Below, in pieces: positions 6,647 through 10,401 of a stretch of 10,401 nt of DNA. The stretch is from NCBI GenBank assembly GCA_016839945.1, contig JAEOTE010000131.1, positions 1 through 10,401 of the forward strand. Reading direction: 5' to 3'. The stretch comes from Candidatus Heimdallarchaeota archaeon (GTDB lineage: Archaea > Asgardarchaeota > Heimdallarchaeia > Heimdallarchaeales > Heimdallarchaeaceae). Below the pieces are notes generated by a model, which searched no databases, had not been told where the DNA came from, and saw nothing but the letters and a program-made list of their open reading frames with translations. How positions within the stretch are numbered: the stretch's first letter is position 1; every line of letters starts with the position of its first letter. The translations under genes and the position numbers were made by a program.

Positions 6647-6712
6647 AGTTAATTATCTGTTCTTATACTCAAAAACTAGTTATTCTAGAAAGAAGTCTGG
6701 TTTTGACGAACA

Positions 6713-7546
6713 ATGATTGAAGAAAATCTTAAGTCGCTTATTGAAATTTGTGGTTTGAATATAGGTGATTTTGACCCTGTTAAGGCAAACAAACTCTATC
6801 TTCAAGCTGACAAAATGCGTGGTAAGGAGAATTGGAAAAAAGCTGACACACTAATCCGTCAAGCTATAGAATGCAACCCTTACGAATTCCGATATTGGAC
6901 TCTTTTTGGTCTATGTCTAAACAATCTCTTTAGGGAAGATGATGATTTATTTGAACAATCACAAGCAGTTTTCGATTATACAATGGGGAGTATTGATTTC
7001 GATGGTATGAACCGTTTTGTTGAGGATTTAAAAGCTTTTGAAGAACTGGAAGAGAAATCAGCGACTAATCTTCAAGAAGGTCGATGGGTTCAAGCTGAAA
7101 AAGGATTTAAGGAACTCTTAGAAATAAAAAATAATCATCATGAAGCATTTCGTAATATGCTCGATGCTAACTTAGATGTATCCAAGGATTTTATGTATTG
7201 GAATGCGATTGCTATCTCTGTTAAGAATCAAGGCAGAATCGATGAAGCAGAGGAAGCTTTTAGGAAATCAATCGAGTTAAATCCAAAAGAAGTAACTACT
7301 TGGTATTTTCTAGCTAATATGCTTGCTGATAATGATAGGTTCGAAGAAGCAGAAGCGATGTATAGAGAAGCTTTGAAGTTAGATTCAAAAAGCAGTAGAA
7401 TCTGGTGTGATTTTGGTTCATGTCTCGCAAATCAAGGAAAAGTTGCGGAAGCTGAAAAACCTTTCAGAAAAGCTGTGAAATTGGATCCTTCGGATAAATC
7501 TGCAAAAGAACTTTTACAGAGATGTTTAGATTTTCTGGGAAAATAA
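6713..7546 (+). CDS. Tetratricopeptide-repeat protein
   Basis: Three consecutive 34-aa TPRs at 7190-7495 (FMYWNAIA...ELNPKE / VTTWYFLA...KLDSKS / SRIWCDFG...KLDPSD), plus degenerate TPRs near the N-terminus (…QAIECNPYEFRYW). Confidence 0.92.
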   Translation: MIEENLKSLIEICGLNIGDFDPVKANKLYLQADKMRGKENWKKADTLIRQAIECNPYEFRYWTLFGLCLNNLFREDDDLFEQSQAVFDYTMGSIDFDGMNRFVEDLKAFEELEEKSATNLQEGRWVQAEKGFKELLEIKNNHHEAFRNMLDANLDVSKDFMYWNAIAISVKNQGRIDEAEEAFRKSIELNPKEVTTWYFLANMLADNDRFEEAEAMYREALKLDSKSSRIWCDFGSCLANQGKVAEAEKPFRKAVKLDPSDKSAKELLQRCLDFLGK

Positions 7547-7652
7547 GAATGAAATCAAAAAGAAATTAGGATTTAGAAACACAAGATATTTACAACAAAT
7601 ATAAATAAGATAATCCTATTAGTTTCACAGAAAAACCAATGGGGTTTCATGA

Positions 7653-10401
7653 TTGTTTTCGAAAAGAAAAATGAGTATTTTAATAATTTTCAGTTTTTTT
7701 ATTATGAATCTTTCTTTGTCTTCAAGTTTAAATCCAATTCAGAATAGTTTTGAAGAAAAGACAATTTCTTCTTCAATAGAGGATGATACTGTTTTAAAAG
7801 ATCATAATCTAGTTAATGTTGATCTATCTCAAGATAAAGATAAAGATCTTTTTCAAGATTCCTTCAAGAAAAAATTGATATTGAGTGATTCTTTAGTTGA
7901 ATATGAAGCTATTCTTTCTTTGAAAGGACCTGTTAGTCATTCAGATAGATTTTTCTTAGAGATGAATGATATAGAAATTTTAAGCGAATATTCAGTAATT
8001 TATGCTTTACACATAAAAGGAACTGCTGAATCTTTGCTGAGAGTTCAGAATCTAGGAACATTGCAGTATCTAGAAGAAAATGCTTTAGGTAAAGCTCTAA
8101 TGCATGATGTAACAACAGATTTCCAAGTAAGAAAAGTTTGGCAAGTAGCTCAAGGCTATGGTTACAATGGTGATCCTAATACAGCAATTGCAATCCTTGA
8201 TACAGGAGTGGATGATACTCATCCTGATGCGAATTTTAATGTCGTTTTCTGGGCTGATTTTGTTGGAGCTTCATCTGGAGCAACAGGAGATGAATATCTA
8301 ACTGCAACTGATAAAGGAGAGCATGGTTCACACTGCGCTAGTATAGCAGCTTCACAAGGAGCTTCTAGTAGCAGTTCTACTGTTAAGATACAAGCTTCAG
8401 GATATCTTCATGCAACTGATGGATATGCATGGCAATATACCTGGTTTTACCTTGGTTCAGCTCAAACGGTAACCATTAATTATTCTTGGGAAGGTACTGG
8501 CTCAACTTATGTAGGATTTATTGATTCTACAACTGCTTGGGTAGCTAATAGTTTTAGTACTCCCGATAGTTCCTCACCAGGAACATTCTCACATTCATTT
8601 AGTTCAGGTGGTTGGTACTGCGCTATGTATGGAAACGCTGTAGGAGCAGGTGGACGTTATTTCTCTGGAGAAGTAGTTTATGATACAGGTTGGTCAAATC
8701 CTTATTCAGATGGTAAAGGAGCTTATGCTGGTGTTGCTCCAGATAGTAATATTGTTGGTCTCAAGGTTCTTGATGATGTAGGAGTTGGACCTACAAATTC
8801 TCTTCTTGATGCTCTTCAATGGTTATATGATTACGGGCAAAACTATAACGCAACTGTTGCTAGCATGAGTATAGGTTGGCCATCAGTAGTTTCATCAATA
8901 GATTCAGCGGTTAGTTCTTTGGTTAGGAATAAAGGAATTGTATGTGTTGTAGCTGCAGGGAATAGTGGAACTTCTTCAGGAGGAGTATATTCTCCTGGTT
9001 CGTGTCCTGATGCGATAACTGTTGGTTCAGTAAACAAAGCTAGTGAAATTGCTTACTATAGTAGTAATGGACATGTTAGTCAAATGCATGCAAAACCTGA
9101 TGTTGTCGCTCCTGGTGGGAGTGTTGCTAGTTCAGGAAGCTCTGCTATTCGTCAACCAATTATTGCAGCTGATTCAAACGATGCTGATAATGCTTATGAT
9201 TATAATACTGCTATTGAATATCCTCCAAAAACTGATTATTATTCTGACAATTATAGAGCAATGCAAGGAACATCTATGGCTACACCATTTGTAGCTGGTT
9301 TAGTACAACTAGTAATTGATGCTATGAGACAAGAAGGAGATTGGGATTATTCTTGGGATACTGCAAAAAGAGTAAAGTCAATTATTTGTATGACTTCTTC
9401 TGAAGTGAGAAACATACAAGGATCAATCAGTTCAGGAGGAGAAACATACGATGGAGATGGAGATGCAATTGCCCAAAACCCACAACTTCAGAGAACAGAA
9501 AAAGATTTAGTTGAAGGTTGGGGTGTGGTTTCTGTAGAAGGAGCGATTCAAGCTGTTACAGAATGGTTAAGCGTAGGTACTACTGACACTGTTTGGTTAT
9601 CTGGAAATCAGAATGGTAACCATGTTGTAACTAGGAAAATAAATCTGGAATCAGATGTGATTTACAGGATGGATGGTTATTATGTTGTAAGTGTCTTTAT
9701 AGATGCAGATTTGTTATTATTCGACAGCATTCCTGATCAATATGGAAATCCTATATTAATTACTAACTGCACTTTTGGTCCCTTAGCTATTGATTCTACC
9801 GTATTTACTGTTCCTAGAGATGATACTTACTATCTTGTTGTAAAATGGATTGATGGTAATTATAATGGTCAATGTAGTTTTACAATCAAAGAAGTAATCA
9901 GATTAACTTCTCCAGCTGAAGGTTCAATTCTAAATTCTGGAACATTAATCTCCTTTACAGCTGATACTTCTGCAATTGCCTCACTTAATTATCGTTGGGA
10001 TGGTCTAGGAATGATGCCTTTAGATCCACCTTATCATACACCAATGATTGCAGGAGACGGGATACATACCTTAACAGTAATTGTGGAAGATGTACTTATC
10101 GATACAGAACAAATGTCATTCAGTTTTACAACGGATGATACAGATCCAATAATTGCAATTACTGGAGCAACGAATGATACAAAAGTTAATGGGGGAACGG
10201 TTGTTTCAATACAAATCACTGAAGTTAACCTTGATCAAGCACTCTATAATTGGAATAGTGGTACAGATACAACCTTAACATCACCTTATGAAGCTATAGT
10301 ACCAGATACAGATGGGGAACATGTTCTATCTGTATATGCAGATGATTTAGCAGGAAACTCAAAAAGAGAATTATTTGTTTTCAGAGTTGGAGTTAGTAAA
10401 T
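7653..10401 (+). CDS. Secreted S8 subtilisin-like serine peptidase with prodomain, internal insertion, PPC-like domain and Ig-like repeats; 3' partial (916 codons in window; not in ORF track)
   Basis: Frame is open from TTG 7653 (GGGGT SD at 7641-7645; in-frame stop at 7650) to the window end. Signal peptide MFSKRKMSILIIFSFFIMNLSLSS. Catalytic Asp in AILDTG (8199), His in HGSHCASIAA (8322), oxyanion Asn in AAGN (8961), Ser in GTSMATP (9273). Confidence 0.95.
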   Translation, partial: MFSKRKMSILIIFSFFIMNLSLSSSLNPIQNSFEEKTISSSIEDDTVLKDHNLVNVDLSQDKDKDLFQDSFKKKLILSDSLVEYEAILSLKGPVSHSDRFFLEMNDIEILSEYSVIYALHIKGTAESLLRVQNLGTLQYLEENALGKALMHDVTTDFQVRKVWQVAQGYGYNGDPNTAIAILDTGVDDTHPDANFNVVFWADFVGASSGATGDEYLTATDKGEHGSHCASIAASQGASSSSSTVKIQASGYLHATDGYAWQYTWFYLGSAQTVTINYSWEGTGSTYVGFIDSTTAWVANSFSTPDSSSPGTFSHSFSSGGWYCAMYGNAVGAGGRYFSGEVVYDTGWSNPYSDGKGAYAGVAPDSNIVGLKVLDDVGVGPTNSLLDALQWLYDYGQNYNATVASMSIGWPSVVSSIDSAVSSLVRNKGIVCVVAAGNSGTSSGGVYSPGSCPDAITVGSVNKASEIAYYSSNGHVSQMHAKPDVVAPGGSVASSGSSAIRQPIIAADSNDADNAYDYNTAIEYPPKTDYYSDNYRAMQGTSMATPFVAGLVQLVIDAMRQEGDWDYSWDTAKRVKSIICMTSSEVRNIQGSISSGGETYDGDGDAIAQNPQLQRTEKDLVEGWGVVSVEGAIQAVTEWLSVGTTDTVWLSGNQNGNHVVTRKINLESDVIYRMDGYYVVSVFIDADLLLFDSIPDQYGNPILITNCTFGPLAIDSTVFTVPRDDTYYLVVKWIDGNYNGQCSFTIKEVIRLTSPAEGSILNSGTLISFTADTSAIASLNYRWDGLGMMPLDPPYHTPMIAGDGIHTLTVIVEDVLIDTEQMSFSFTTDDTDPIIAITGATNDTKVNGGTVVSIQITEVNLDQALYNWNSGTDTTLTSPYEAIVPDTDGEHVLSVYADDLAGNSKRELFVFRVGVSK
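9897..10388 (+). repeat. Two tandem ~82-aa Ig-like (Big-type) protein repeats in the subtilase C-terminus
   Basis: Both units share the pattern SP/GA..G..I..YxWD/N..L..PY..DGxHxLxV..xD (9897-10148 and 10149-10388), joined by a DDTDP linker. Confidence 0.75.

Noticed and set aside
6629-7635. CACAGAAAAA shared upstream of the TPR gene (6629) and the subtilase (7626)
   Set aside because: A 10-mer that is mostly A in an AT-rich sequence, at different distances from the starts; not distinguishable from chance.
7639-7674. 11-codon Met-Gly uORF (MGFHDCFRKEK*) overlapping the subtilase start, tempting as an NMT substrate or leader peptide
   Set aside because: Too short, has no SD of its own, is expected by chance, and its GGGGT is better explained as the subtilase SD.
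7933-10219. ORFs 7933-8115, 8843-9037, 9043-9294 and 10034-10219
   Set aside because: All lie within the continuous subtilase reading frame (7653 to the window end).

Overview
AT-rich, gene-dense window with archaeal-type expression signals (TTTATAWA/TTATAA boxes about 27-55 nt upstream of starts, GGTGA/GGGGT ribosome-binding motifs, oligo-pyrimidine terminator). The gene content suggests an Asgard archaeon such as Heimdallarchaeia, but this is inference. There are eight real CDSs, two of which the ORF track missed because they run off the window edges. In order: (1) a partial EhpF/GriC-like carboxylate-adenylating enzyme (651..<1, -); (2) an orphan, C-terminally anchored family-5 solute-binding protein whose motif order is circularly permuted relative to OppA/DppA; (3) a ~365-aa tandem-GNAT acyltransferase that aligns by eye along its length with the catalytic core of eukaryotic protein N-myristoyltransferase; (4) rubrerythrin; (5) a geranylgeranyl-reductase-family flavoprotein; (6) a small hypothetical protein; (7) a TPR protein; (8) a large secreted S8 subtilase (7653..>10401, +) with an internal beta-domain insertion and C-terminal Ig-like repeats. 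A 40-bp imperfect direct repeat (32/40 identical, with a GGWGA-N5-TCACC dyad) brackets the SBP gene exactly. Removing the bracketed segment would make the adenylating enzyme and the NMT-like acyltransferase a divergent pair. No RNA genes, CRISPR arrays or transposases were seen. All family assignments come from motif recognition from memory, not database searches.
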